Shown piece after piece: positions 37,290 through 50,890 of a stretch of 64,000 bases of DNA. A program made the position numbers and the translations under genes. This DNA is from Negaprion brevirostris (Eukaryota), in the NCBI GenBank assembly GCA_030324005.1, contig JARDVH010000115.1:28408812-28472811 (forward strand), read 5' to 3'. The notes beneath the pieces are model-generated. The model did not search any database. It was given only the letters and a program-made list of their open reading frames with translations, and had not been told where the DNA came from. The first letter of the stretch is position 1, and each line of letters starts with the position of its first letter.

Positions 37290-38900
37290 GTATGCAGAGA
37301 AGGACATATGCATCAATTTTCCATCAATTCTGCAAGGCATGTGACAGAAAGGACTATTGACAGTGGCAGTGAACTAGAGCAATGGATGATGCAACTAAAA
37401 GAGCTGGGCACTGATCCAAACAAAAGGTATACAATAAGAATAACCATTTGGTATCCCATCAGAGATGATTGACTAGCTAAAGATGGACAATGACGTGCAC
37501 GATGAGTTGAGGAGTGGAGAACATATGTTTAACACTGTCAATCTCATGAAAAATATCCATACTGTAACACCATTCAAACTATTGGAAAAGATTCAAATTA
37601 TCTTCCTGGAGAAAGTTGGTAATCACTCATTATTGGCCAAGATTGACACAGGGAAAGTGCTGACATCTTATCTCTGTGGATTCTAAAATATATGTATCCA
37701 CAGACATGGAAGATAATGGCGAAACTTCCTGCTGTGTAAATTTCAGGTTTCAATGTACAACATTTCACTAATTTCATGTGCCGTATCCGTAGGCCTTGTT
37801 GATATTTCAAGGAAAATAAATCCTCCTGCGTTCAACATCATGGAGACTAAAGGTCCAGTGATTGTAGATCTATCTGTATGTCATGAGTACACACTAGTGA
37901 TCATCTATGGAAGCAGTCAGACAGCACGTAGTAGATCAACCACAGGAACTATTCCTATTGCCTCAGTTCATGACCTAACACCGAAATATCCAGAATGTTT
38001 TGACAAAATTTCACTTGCATGAGAATGCAAGTCCACCAATCCATCCATTGCGTAAGTGCAGTATCCATTTAGAAGACAAGTTGAAGGTCAAATCAGACAG
38101 ATTGGGAAAGATGAAATAGTTAGAAGAGTAAAAGAGTTCTCAGACTGGTGCAGCTCAAATTATTTGTGACAAGGTCAGATCATTGAAAATGTATTGATCC
38201 ATAACATTTAAATAGCCTAGTGCCAAGCATGGCTATTGGGCAGTACATATCGTGGAGAATTCATAACACAAAGCAAAAATTCCAACATTGAGTGGGAAAT
38301 ATTCAGAATTATGCGTTTTTCATACCTATCTATTTGGCAAAAGATTTGTGGTACAGATTAACCACAAGCTATTGGAGATGATTTGGTGAGAAACACTGAC
38401 CAGTACGCCACCAAGATTGCAACATTTCTTGCTAAAGATTCAAGGTCATCACTGTGAGATTAGGTACAAGCCAGATACACTTACCCCGGCAAAAAAAAAT
38501 TTATTCTTGAATCTACAAATTGACTTCATTAACATTGATCTTGTAGATGCTTTCCAAAATTCGTCTGGTACGTTTTGTGCAATGCAAATGTGAACAGCAA
38601 CAAGAAGAAACAGTGAAAGATTCTACACTCCAGAAACTGTGAAAAGCCTTCATTGAAGGATGACATGATTTCATTCAGCATGTCCACGAACACTTTGAGA
38701 CCATTTTGGCATTATTGGGATGAGTTTGACATCTCCTGTGTCAGAGAAATTCCCAAGCATCATAGTGAAACTGAGACTCAATGCTTTTGGTCAAGACTGT
38801 TAATTGCAGAACTTGTTTCTCCACTCGAACACAATCTCCCTGTCAATGCTGGCTGCCTCTTCTTTAAATACAAATCTGAATATAATTAACTAATCAATAG
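37290..38900 (+). mobile_element. Decayed Ty3/Gypsy gag-pol remnant
   Basis: Ordered remnants: knuckle-like CKACDRKDY, protease LLAKIDTG (DTG at 37645), IVRRVKEFSDWCSS, and RT L(D)AKHGYWAVH (about 38218-38248). Many stops and frameshifts. Confidence 0.75.
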
Positions 38901-39599
38901 CCATCACCTATTACCTTCATTACCTTAAAGTACAAGGCTTAAATTACTGTCATTTAACATCCATCAACAGAACCTATTATATGCTAACAGATCCCTATTC
39001 TCTTCAAATTGATATGCGAAGAAAACTATTCAAAAGAAAAAAATGCAAAATGATAATATGTTATCTTACTAAAAAATTTTTCACATACTGCATATTGCCC
39101 CCTGCCTTGAAAATCTTAATAAGGTTACATCATGAAAGTTTCTGTGTTCTCATAACCCATTATAACACAAAGCATTCCTCAGAGGATTTCTTTGGACAAG
39201 TAGTTCGTACTGTGAAACAATCCGACAACTGATGACTTGTGTTGACCCAGTTTGCTTTTGAAATCTCCCTTTCCAACATCCCTTTTATCCATGCAAGGTC
39301 AATCCTCAACCTCTTTTTTGTAACATTCTTGTCAAATTGACATTGTCCCAGAGTGAATGGTTATCTTTTACATTCTACAGGCACATTTCCCTCTGGGATG
39401 CCCCTGATATAATCCTTCCAAAATACTTTATAAATGTATAGCCACATTCTGTCATTTCTACCAGTGCAAATGCCTTGCTGCTAAGGTGCTTTGAATTACT
39501 CTCTTTATTAATTTTGATTCCCATTATCTCCTTACAGATACTGCCAGACCTGCTGAGATTTTCCAGCATTTTCTCTTTTGATTTTAGATAAAAGGGTAA

Positions 39600-40350
39600 G
39601 ATGTTAGGTGATGAGAGGCTATAACGAGGTTGGATTTACAAGCAAGAAGACTGGGTTTAAAATTTGGACTAGGAAACAGATAGCAACTTTTTAGCTGCTA
39701 AATTTCAAAGGGGAGAAGAAGTAACAAAGGACTTTTACAACATACAAAAGGTTCATAAGTGGACAGGGGAAGATTATTATATTTTACTGAGCCAAAGGGG
39801 AAGCAATAGAAAAAGAGTTTTATGTTTTGGAAAAGCTGAGTTCATAGAGTAGCTTCAGAACATGGAATCTGAGATGAAGAGGGAAAAGAATATTTAAGGA
39901 AAGACATGGAGCTTAGTTGTGGTGGTTATGTGGAGATGTCCTTAGACCAACTCTGATGGGAGATGGCATGAAATTTGAAACAGCTATCAAGTTTTCAAAC
40001 CAGAAAAGTCTTTGGTTCATAAAGCAGTTTGTTTCTGAACTTTTGGATTTTCCGCAGTCAAGTGGAAATGTTGAAAGAGTCATGTGGTATATCTTTATTA
40101 AAGTGACAGACAATTTTACCTTGGGTAACATTACTGGATTTTAATAGATGAACTCTAAAGGGGAGTTTTTGCTAAGAAGGTAGTACTTGTGTGTTTCAAC
40201 CAAATGAGTTTTTTTGCAAGGTTGTTCTATAAGACTGTTTTAACTGTGTCTCTTTAATCTTATTTATTTAAATTTTGTTTTAGTGGAATCTCTGAATATG
40301 GGATCAGTAGCTTTTACTCCTCATTTTAAAAGTACAAAAAGGAGCTATGA
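39600..40350. repeat. Probable solo LTR-like or unclassified repeat
   Basis: Starts with TGTTA, is non-coding, and resembles the 2640-3700 block in composition. The family was not identified. Confidence 0.3.
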
Positions 40351-40371
40351 TGGGTTTCACTTTTTTTTATA

Positions 40372-40670
40372 TATTAGTGTCACAAGTAGATTACATTAAC
40401 ACTACAATGAAGTTACTGTGAAAATCCTCTAGTTGTCACACTCAGGCACTGTTCGGGTACACTGAGGGAGAATTTAGCATGGCCAATACACCTAACCAGC
40501 ACCTAACCTAATCTTTCAGACTGTGGGAGAAAATCTGAGCACCTGGAGGAAACTCACACAGGTATGGAGAGAATGTGCAGACTCCGCACAGACAGTCACC
40601 CAACCGGGAATCAAACCTGGGTCCCTGGTGCTGTTAAGTAGCAGTGCTAACCACTGTGTCATGTGCCACC
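40372..40670 (-). mobile_element. HE1-like SINE variant
   Basis: Homologous to 24726-24978. Confidence 0.87.
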
Positions 40671-40974
40671 CACCTCCGGCTGTATGATTCCCAGTCTTTT
40701 TTAGGCTTTGGATGTTTGAGCCATAAGTGCTTTTTCCCTTGTTGAATTTAACTCCAATTAAAACCAAAACCTAGCCACGTTTGAGATTGTAGCACAATTT
40801 CAAGGCAAGTTCTGATTTAGAAACTTCCAAATGGAATTGCTGCAACCTTGTATATAGTCAGTTAATCTCCACAATGTCCTCCACATTTAAAACAAACTAT
40901 CAAAGTCTGCCCAAACCTCAGAGGCCTTCAGGAAGTCATCTTTCAGAAAGATTTTATCCATGAATCTTAACAGA

Positions 40975-41357
40975 GTTGTCTATCTGATGTGCTGCAGGAA
41001 AGGATGCCCCAAGGCATGATACATTGGGGAGACCATGCAGAAGCTACAACAACGGATGAATGAACAGAGCTCGTCAATCACCAGCTAAGACTGTTCTCTT
41101 CCAATTGGGGAACATTTCAGCGGTCATGGGCATTCGGCCTCTGATCTTCGGGTAAACATTCTCCAAGGCAGCCTTCACAACATAGCACAGAGTTGCTGAG
41201 CAGAAACTGATAGCCAAGTTCCGCACACATGAGGATGGCCTCAACCGGGATCTTGGGTTCATGTNNNNNNNNNNNNNAAATAAACCTGTTGGACTTTAAC
41301 CTGGTGTTGTGGGACTTCTTACTGTGTTTACCCCAGTCCAACACCGGCATCTCCTCA
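40975..41357 (+). mobile_element. Penelope-like element 3' fragment (GIY-YIG end and terminus)
   Basis: Homologous to 54452-55030. VYLMCCRKGCPKA*YIGET-type motif. Confidence 0.85.
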
Positions 41358-42309
41358 TCAGGAAGAAGACGTGCCAGAGCCCATCCTTTGCTTTCTTTTT
41401 GGTATAAACGTGACCCATGCCCATGCTTCAATTTCACTTTTCCATTGATCGGAACTATTAAATACTAACATCCCAGGGAGACATTTTTAAAGGCTGGCGT
41501 GTCATCATACCACATCTTCCCAATCTGATATTCTTCAGCATCTTCACCACTCACACACGGGCAGAGATCAGACAAAAAGACTCACAAGAGAGACAGTCCA
41601 TTGGCTGAGTGTGAACAATGATATTAAAGTCATTGTCAAGAAGGGTGAGACATGTCAAGAGGATGCACCAACTCAACACAAAGAACCATTGATTTTACAC
41701 CAAGTTCCTTCCATCCTTAGTCCAAAATCACATCTGACCTCTTTCATGGTGATCCTTCAGGAATACCTTCCATATACAGCCATTCAGAAGTGTCAGTGCA
41801 GGAATCACCAGAGCAATTCACCAATATGCCACCTTGCCCCCCATTAGCAGGAACTAGATTGGCATCCATTTCCTAACCAGTTCACACTCACACCTTGCCT
41901 TATGTGAGCCACTGAGGCCAGTTAATTGTGATACACTACCCTGGAAAATTGCATGAGGTGATCCTCTCTGCAGTGCAGCCAGCTTCTCGGGGTGAGCCCA
42001 CAGTTGCTGACATCCTGTGCAATCTCCATCCAGGGTTCCCTGGCCTGTAGGCAGGCATCACAAAACTGTGGAGTTAGTTGAGATCTTTCCTCTGCCATTT
42101 CTCTGCTTTTGTCTCCCTTGAGCTCCTTGGCTGCTGCAGGAACTCAAAAGAATATTCGAAAGTCTTCAAAGAAGGTGCCAGCACCTTTAGTGATGTGACT
42201 ACATGCCACTGCCATCAGTGTCCTACTGGAAGCCTCTACCACTTGTCAGCAGGTATTTAGTCAGTCTTCACATAACTTCACTGTGAAGCCCAACCTCTAC
42301 TCCAATGTT

Positions 42310-42453
42310 GGACGCGGTGGGCTTGAGGAAGAGTTCTTGGAATGCTGCCAGGATAGTTTCCTTGAACAGTGTGTGCTGGAGCCGACGAGGGAGCGAGCTA
42401 TCTTAGATCTGGTGTTATGTAATGAGGCAGGTAGAATTAGGGACCTTGTTGTG
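42310..42453 (+). mobile_element. CR1 endonuclease-region fragment running into a gap
   Basis: EEEFLECCQDSFLEQCVLEPTRERAILDLVLCNE. Confidence 0.88.
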
Positions 42454-42989
42454 NNNNNNNNNNNNNNNNNNNNNNNNNNNNNNNNNNNNNNNNNNNNNNN
42501 NNNNNNNNNNNNNNNNNNNNNNNNNNNNNNNNNNNNNNNNNNNNNNNNNNNNNNNNNNNNNNNNNNNNNNNNNNNNNNNNNNNNNNNNNNNNNNNNNNNN
42601 NNNNNNNNNNNNNNNNNNNNNNNNNNNNNNNNNNNNNNNNNNNNNNNNNNNNNNNNNNNNNNNNNNNNNNNNNNNNNNNNNNNNNNNNNNNNNNNNNNNN
42701 NNNNNNNNNNNNNNNNNNNNNNNNNNNNNNNNNNNNNNNNNNNNNNNNNNNNNNNNNNNNNNNNNNNNNNNNNNNNNNNNNNNNNNNNNNNNNNNNNNNN
42801 NNNNNNNNNNNNNNNNNNNNNNNNNNNNNNNNNNNNNNNNNNNNNNNNNNNNNNNNAGATATATATGGCAACTTTTAAATTAACATTAAAGCAAATGACT
42901 CACGTTTATTGTGTTTTGGCCAATGTAAGTGTTTGCCTGGTTTAAATGTGGATGTTTTAAGTGGGCAATTTACTATTTATAATGTCAGA

Positions 42990-44400
42990 AAGTTTGCTGA
43001 TGATTGCAGTGTTCAGTTCCATTCATAAGTCCTGCTGAAATAGTTTATGCCTGCTTGCACCAAGACTAGGATAACATTCAGACTCGGGCAGATTTGCAGC
43101 AAATAGCTTTGGCACCGCCCATGTGCCAGGTAATGACTATTTCCAGCAAGAGAGAATCTAACCACCTCACCTTGACGTTCAACAGCAATACCACTGTCAA
43201 ATCCCCCACCATCAACATCCTGTGGGGTAACTACATTAACCTGAAACTTAACTGGATTAGCCACATAAGTACTGTGGCTACAAGAACAGGGCAGACGCTC
43301 TGAATTTGTGGTGAGTAACTCACTCACCATTTGAATCCTCAAAGCCTTTCAATCATCCAAAAGGCATTAGTCAGGAGTGTGATGGACTACTCCCTACTTG
43401 CCTGGGTGAAAGCAGCACATTCAAGAATCATCATGGAAACATAGAATCCCTACAGTGCAGAAGAGGCAATTTGGCCCCTCAAGTCTACATTGACTCTCTC
43501 TCCCCCTGCATCTCTGTATCTCCGCACAAGTTTTTTAAGTGCTCTACTTGAGCTGTTCTACTTTCCTCTTGATGTCCTCATTCAAGAAAGTTCTAGTCCT
43601 GTGTTGTGTAAAAAATCTCTACAGTGCAGAAGGAGGCTATTCAGCCCTTTGAGCCTGCACCAACTCTCTGACAGAGTATCTTACCCAGGCCCTCTCCCCC
43701 ACCCTATTCCCGTAACCCCACACATTTACCTTGGTTGATCCATCTGACCTACACATGCCGGAACACTAAGGGTCAACTTAGTATGACCAATTGACCTAAC
43801 CAGCACATCTTTTGGACAATGGGAGGAAACCAGAGAATCTGGAGGAAATCCATCCAGACACGGGGAGAACATGTAGACTCCGCACAGGCAGGCACCCAAG
43901 ACTGGAATTGAACCCAGGTCCCTGGAGCTGTGAGGCAGCAGTGCTAACCACTGTGCCATTGTGCTCAACACCATCCACAATAGAGCAGCCCAACTTGATC
44001 ACCATCCCATTCACCGGCTTAAATACTCACCCTTTCCAATATCCAACATAAGTTATGACTGCAGTGTGTGTTAGCTACACGATGCATTATAGCAACTTGC
44101 CAAGGCTTCTTTGATATTACCTTCTGAACCTGTGAACTCTACCATCCAGAAGAACAAGGGTAGATGAGAACACCACCTGGAAACTCCCCTCCAAGGTAAG
44201 CAGCACCCTGAAATATATCACTTTTCCTTCTTTGCCACTGGATCAAATAACTGGAAATCGCTACCCAACTGTAGGTATGCCCACGCCGCATGGATGGAAA
44301 CGGTTCAAGAAAGTGGTTCTCTACTCTTTTCTAAAGGGCACTTGGGGAGGGCAATAAATGCTGCTGCTGGCTTGCAAGCAACAATCACATCCCAACAAGC
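42990..44400 (+). mobile_element. L2/CR1-group LINE 3' part split by SINE insertions
   Basis: FADD RT motif at 42993 and continuous homology to the reverse complement of 16115-16900 on both sides of 43430-43960. Confidence 0.75.
43616..43962 (-). mobile_element. HE1-like SINE nested in the LINE
   Basis: Full head (gaggcagcagtgctaaccactgtgcca), body and CR1-type tail. Confidence 0.87.
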
Positions 44401-45204
44401 AAAAAGGAACCAAGACTGGGATGGTCAGACAATGTTACAGAGGTTGTTTTAGGCAGTCATGTGTGGATATGTGGTCAGGAGCTTAGCTCAGGGTCAAAGG
44501 TTGCAAAAAGTTTGGTTCAGTATCAGACATTTGGGGAGTGATTGAATTGATGTAAGGAACATAGTTTGTGGCAGGGACCTGGCACAATAAGAACACAATA
44601 GGAAGACTGGGAGGGGAGTAGGCCATTCAGCCCATTGAGCCTGCTCTGCCATACGAACACGACCAGCCAAGTTTCCTGTTTCTTAACTACATTAGCCCTA
44701 ATATCCCATCATCCCATCTTTGCAGGGACAATTAGGGATGGGCAAGAAATGCTCACCTTGCTGACAACACTCACATCCTATGAAAAGGATTAAAAAATTC
44801 AGGTCATCTCCTACCTTTAAATGATATGAGTAAAGACACCTCCAGTTCTTTGGCCTCCCAATGCAAGTGACCTACAGTTGTACGTTTTGAGACAAAAAAA
44901 GAGGAAATTATTAAAGAATTCTGTATCTTTTCTTGCCCATTCCCTGGATACACGATAACAAGTATTTAATCTAAAAATAAGCAGTAGCCTTTGTAATTTC
45001 ACGGGAGAGGTCACTATCTCTGTAAAATAAGATAAAATGAATCATTATCACGTTACTCATGAAAGTCTCTACCAGGTAATTAAAACCTTTCAAGTGAAAT
45101 AGTTGCCCACATACTTCGCATATGTTGAATGTTAAAAAAACGATCATTTTACTTTGTAACTGGAAGGTCAAATCTGCTTTCCTCAAGGATTTGAGGTTCA
45201 GTGG

Positions 45205-45420
45205 GGTTTCATCTCCAAGGTGATGTGCAAAGGAAAATGGAGCAAAAACCTCTTTGATGTCCAGGTCTAATTTGACGTAACATCCATGTCAAGCAGTCTG
45301 GTATCTCCTCAGCACTGCACTGAAGTGTCAGCCCACCCACACACTGTAATGCTGATTGGGTGTTAAACTGACAACTTCTTGACTCNNNNNNNNNNAGGTA
45401 CATGTACCACTAACTGAGCC
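45205..45420 (-). mobile_element. Decayed Deu-domain SINE 5' part
   Basis: Reverse-complement similarity to 61107-61350 (ggctcagttagtgg head, ctgacacttcagtgcagtgctgagg). Confidence 0.45.
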
Positions 45421-46539
45421 AAATTGGATATTTTGCAATCACCCTGTTAAAAACCTATTTTGATTAAAGCAATTCTAAATTAGGAATTATACGTGACAAT
45501 TTCACCAGCAGGGATATTAAGCAAAATTAAGTATTGAAAGACATTTGCAAAAGGTTATTATCTTAAGAGATGGCAGAAAACCTAATTGCTGGTTAAATAA
45601 TAGGCTGAGGATTGTTCGAGATCTGAAACAAAAACAGAAAATGCTGGGGATGTTTAGCAGCACAAGAAGAGCGAAAAGTTAATATCGTGGTTATGGAAGC
45701 TTTGGATTTGACAAAGCAACCTGAAACATCTCTCCACATGATTATGGCTAACTGCATTCTGTCCCTGCCACGAGAAACAGAAAATATAATCCCTGAATTA
45801 TTTTTATATGCTAAATCAGTGCCTGACTCGTGACAAGATGTGCTGTTGTGCAGTTTTGTAAAACAATGTGAAGAAATGAACTAATACAATGGCAGTAATG
45901 AACAGAAACAGAAAGCTTCAAGGTCAGGTTATCGGTAGTGAATTCCTGTGGCACTAATGGATGATTTGTTGTTTCTGAAATCCATCTGTAGCCTGATCAT
46001 TCCTCAGTTAGGTTTCTTTATATATTTTGCTGCACTGATTAGTCCATGGTGCAAATACACTGGGTAAAGAAATAAAGCTAAAAATGTTAAAGAAGGCAAC
46101 AGAAGTTTAACAGTAGATAACGCATTTTTAAAAATACATCTATTATTATAATACATATATGTAATGAATAGCTCACTCATTAACCAAAGTTTAAATTATC
46201 CACTATACTATATCCTGTTGCATACAGCAACACTGCACTGAAGCATTCAATAAGCATGACACTGCTAGACATTGCCTAGAGAATATAATCAATGTTTCTT
46301 TATGCACTTCCCTAAACATTCTCATCACTTGTTAATTTCAATTTCAATCACAAGTGATGTGGGTTCAAAATATGAAACTGTACATCTGTTTTACCATTTC
46401 AAAGTCCTTGAAGAAGCAGAGCATCTTGGAGATAAAAACCATCTGTCAAACAGCACACATTACACAAGGCAAACAGTCTTACCCCTGAGTTACTGTATCA
46501 CTTTTTTGCTTGTGAAAGAGTAATTGGATTACACTTTTT

Positions 46540-46623
46540 GGTTGATTAGAGGAGAACCGGTGGATGTGGTCTTTCTTGATTTTCAGAAGGCGTTTGACAA
46601 GGTACCTCACAAGAGGTTATTGC
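46540..46623 (+). mobile_element. CR1 RT fragment running into a gap
   Basis: GEPVDVVFLDFQKAFDKVPHKRLL. Confidence 0.9.
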
Positions 46624-48581
46624 NNNNNNNNNNNNNNNNNNNNNNNNNNNNNNNNNNNNNNNNNNNNNNNNNNNNNNNNNNNNNNNNNNNNNNNNNNNNN
46701 NNNNNNNNNNNNNNNNNNNNNNNNNNNNNNNNNNNNNNNNNNNNNNNNNNNNNNNNNNNNNNNNNNNNNNNNNNNNNNNNNNNNNNNNNNNNNNNNNNNN
46801 NNNNNNNNCTTGCAAAGACCACTGTGATATATGTTTCTATATTGTATGTTGGGGTTTGGAGTGTGAATAGCCTATTAAGAGTGCAGGTGGAGTGACCCCT
46901 GGAAGATTAGCTCCTCTCAGAGTGGGATCCTGTTGGCCAGTTTCAGACCTGATTGTGAATTCCAAGGCTGGAAAACCCAGCCAGCTAACCAGAAATCCAT
47001 TGACTGTGGCGGCAGTGATAAATCATATTGGCAGGCCAGATCGGAAGATCTCTTTAATCGTTTTACCTTCCAAGTGAACACTTCCTCCATGCGTAGAGAT
47101 TAATACACTTTAAACAAAGGAATACAAAGCTTGCTGTTTTGTCAGCTATAATGAAGAACAGATTGACGGCAGGTAGGAGGTAAGACCTTTTAAGACAATT
47201 TGGATTATACTCATAGCATGAATTAAGAGGGCCAACCAAAATTACAATTCGCAGTGGGCAGAGGTTGGTGGGATGGCTTGATGTTTGAATCATCACCCAC
47301 TGCAGTATGGAACCAAAAAATACCACAAAAAAGGCACAATTCCTGGAACGTGGGCAAGGCTGGTATTCATTGACCGTTCCCTCTCATCCTGAGAAGATGG
47401 TGGGCTTTGATCTTGCACTTCTACTGATACAGCCTTTACAAAAAAGGAATTAAAATTCTCAAGAAAACCTCCTGGAGTTTTGAATATACAATGAGCTGAA
47501 ATACTCAATCCAGGCTTCTGAAGACTAGTTTGGTAATTTAAGCACCGCACTACCAGGTCTGTGCTCCGATGCTAAGATCTGCTCCTAAAATATCCAATGC
47601 ACTGGCGACACAACATCCATCACTCTTTAGGTACTTGTATTAAAGAATAAAAGATGAAAAAGCATACAACTTTCTCACACTACCAAGTAAAAATGAAGTG
47701 ACTCAAAGGGACCAATTAAAACACTACTGCAGCAGTATAATTATTCTTATGATTCCTGAGCATGAGTTTGTATTTTTTGGTTAATTCAGTTCATATTAAT
47801 CATTTTTGACTTTTAAGCCAGAGAGATTTATCTATGGCTATTTTTGCAAAACAGAAACTTCACACATCCTAAGGCTGTGCATTCATATTAATGATCATTG
47901 ACAAGCCCCATCCCTTAGCACCAATTTACTGGCTATTTCAATCCCTTTGGAATCAGAATATTCATTATGTGTGACGGACTCCTACTATCACTTGTTTCAG
48001 GCAATACTTTCTCAAGCTGTCACTTCTGACCAAGCCACTAATTATTAATTAAATGAGGTTGTCAGTTATAAATGTGATTGTCATGACCCCTACTATCAGG
48101 GAAGAGATGGAGGTGGAAAGGGAAGTGCTCATTGTCAACTTCACATCTGAGTGACAACCTGCACCGGTGGAGCTCCTATCCTTTATCCAAAGCTGCCTCA
48201 TTTTTGTATCATTGATGAATACAAGTAGCACTTAAAGACCAACATATGAACAGAATAAACTTTCAGTTCATTAATGTGCCCTAGTTTGTAATGCAATCCA
48301 GAAAATGCTGGAGAATCTCAATGGTCTGACAGCATCTGTGGAGAATAAATAGAGCCAACATTTCGAGTCTGAATCCAGAATGTAATGTCGATCACTTTAT
48401 CCTACACATCAATACCCAGAAAGCGACCATGACATATTCATCATGTGATAATTCACTGCGCTCAGGAAAGATCCATTTTGTCGACAGAGAAATGTTTATC
48501 GTGTGCATGTGGCTAGAATGCAAAGAGATAAAGGATTATTAAGATTTTTGCCATTTGATAGTAAGTCAGAGATTATTCCAG

Positions 48582-48845
48582 ACTATTTGAGTATCTGGTT
48601 TCTATTGAGCATGAGGAATAAAATTTTCCCCAGTGGTCTGCACACACTTTGTGGGGCCCTGCACTTGCCTTCATTCCTAAACCCACCCCCCATGATGTCC
48701 TGCCCCATCCCCAATCATGTCACACCTTCCCCAATGGTGTCACACCTTCCCAAATGATGTCACACCCTCCTCAATGATATCACACCTGCCCCAATGATGT
48801 CACACCCTCCCCAATTGCTCGATAGAAACCAGATACTCAAATAGT
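48582..48845. repeat. 30-bp inverted repeats enclosing a 20-bp-unit minisatellite
   Basis: Arms at 48582-48611 and 48816-48845 match at 29 of 30 positions. About five caatgatgtcacaccytccc units lie at about 48711-48815. Confidence 0.9.
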
Positions 48846-49291
48846 TATTGGTCTCACCTTAGCAAATGTTTATCCTTCAAGAATGAATGTAAGTTATCTA
48901 CCTAGATCAGTATTTTATGCTTCCAATTAATATTGCTGAATTTGATAACGTAAACATTTACATGTAGTTAGAAAAGTTTCCTAAAAAGTATCTTGTGTTG
49001 GTAGACTCTCGCTCATGTGTGTAAATTCAAGCCATGCTGCAATATAGGATGCAAAAAAAATCAGGCTTTTGAAGACATTTAAAGTTCATTTTGTGTTGTG
49101 TTAAAAATGTGAGATCTCTAAACTCTCATTCTGTTGTTTCCCACTTTATATATAATTATTTAAATATTCTTTCCTAAGGCAAGAGTAGTATGAACCTTAA
49201 TTTTTAGAAGATGCTTGTTATTGGAGAGAGATAAGTTATGCAAAGACATAACTGGAATGTTTGGGTCTGAGCACTTTGTATCTATGGTGTT

Positions 49292-49913
49292 CATCAAACA
49301 CAACTGCAACATTGTCATCAAACCAGCAGACAAAGGAGGGGCCATCGTCATACTGAACAGAACGGATTACTGCAAAGAAGTGTACCGACAACTAAACAAC
49401 CAGGAACGCTACAGACAGTAACCCGCAGATCAGACCAAATAACACACCTGTCAACTCAACACTCTGATCAAGAACTTTGATCCGGACCTTCAGAGCGCCC
49501 TGTGTGCTCTCATCCCATGTATTCCCCGCGTTGGAGATCTCTACTGCCTCACAGAGGCAAACACACCTGGCCGTCCCATCATATTGGGCAATGGGACCCT
49601 GTGTGAGAACCTCTCCGGCTACGTCCAGGGCATCCTGAAACCCGTTGTACAAAGAACCCCCAGCTTTTGTCGCAACACTACAGACTTCCTACAGAAACTC
49701 AGCACACGTGGAGCAGTTGAACCAGGGACACTCCTCGTCACAATGGATGTCTCGGCACTCTACACCAACATCCCCTTCGATGATGGCATTGCTGCAACTG
49801 CCTCAGTGCTCAACGCCAACAAATGCCAGTTTCCAGATGCAATTTTACAACTCATCCGCTTTATCCTTGACCACAATGTCTTCACCTTCAATAAACAGTT
49901 CTTCATCCAGACA
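49292..49913 (+). mobile_element. Penelope-like element RT fragment
   Basis: NIVIKPADKGGAIVILNRTDY and LVTMDVSALYTNIP...FILDHNVFTFN. Confidence 0.92.
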
Positions 49914-50617
49914 CCTGTGTGAAAGCTATCTCATTGTGATCATGAGGAGATCAGTGGAGAATGATGAAACCATTAATTTTGCGACTAGCGTTACTGGTGG
50001 TGATGCTGCCCATCTCTCCTGATCGATAATATGACTTGACTTCTCATAAGTTAGGATATCTTATACAAAAGACAGGAGATTTGCTTATCTTTGCACAAAA
50101 GATGCAAAATGGAAGGAAACATTCAGGTGGGCGTGAGGGAACCAGCTCCCAGTTATGTTCAATCATATTTTCACAGTCACACTCTCTTTCCATTTGCAGA
50201 ATTGTGGGAGTGGGTTTGGAAGGAAATCGAGTTGGACCAGGGAGAGCAAGAAGGTTAGTGCAGGGATCTCCAATGGTTATTCGCCTGTGAAACAGAGATG
50301 CCGTTTTGAGTACTGATGAGCGGGATGGTCTTTTAGGGCTAAACAACAGCAGCCAAATCTGTTGCACCAGGGTTGGTCCAGCTGCAGAATGGTGATCACA
50401 AAGTGTGACAATGCAATAGTTATCAGGGATGTGATTGTAGAGACTTTGCTGCAGCAGCACAGAAGACTCCAAGATGATGTGTTGCCTCGCTGGTGCTGGG
50501 TTAAGAATGTCTCAGAGCGGCTGCAGCACATTCTGAAGGGGGAGGATGAACAGCCAGCACAGTGCTGCTACACATTGGTACAAATGATTTGGATAAAAAC
50601 GATTTGGATGAGGCCCT

Positions 50618-50890
50618 AGGGTGGCCCAGTGGTTAGCACTGCTGCCTCACAGCACCAGGGACCTTCCCAGCTTGGATCACCGCCTGTACACAGTTTTTAC
50701 ATTCACCTGGTGCCTGTGTGGGTTTCTTCCGCATGCTCTGGTATCCTCTCATAGTCTGAAAGATATGCTGGTAAGGTGCATTGGCCATGCTAAATTCTCC
50801 CTCAGTGTACCCAAACAGGTGCCAGAGTATGGTGACTAGGGGATTTTCATAGTAACTTCATTGCAGTGTTAATGTAAGCCTATTTATGAC
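50618..50890 (+). mobile_element. HE1-like SINE variant
   Basis: Homologous to 34678-34975, with a deletion in the B-box region. Confidence 0.85.

Noticed and set aside
37290-38900. RTL1/PEG11 orthologue or a domesticated Gypsy gene
   Set aside because: Heavily frameshifted and on the wrong side of DLK1. RTL1 domestication is eutherian.
48711-48815. CRISPR-like array
   Set aside because: Head-to-tail units with no unique spacers, in a vertebrate genome. It is a minisatellite.
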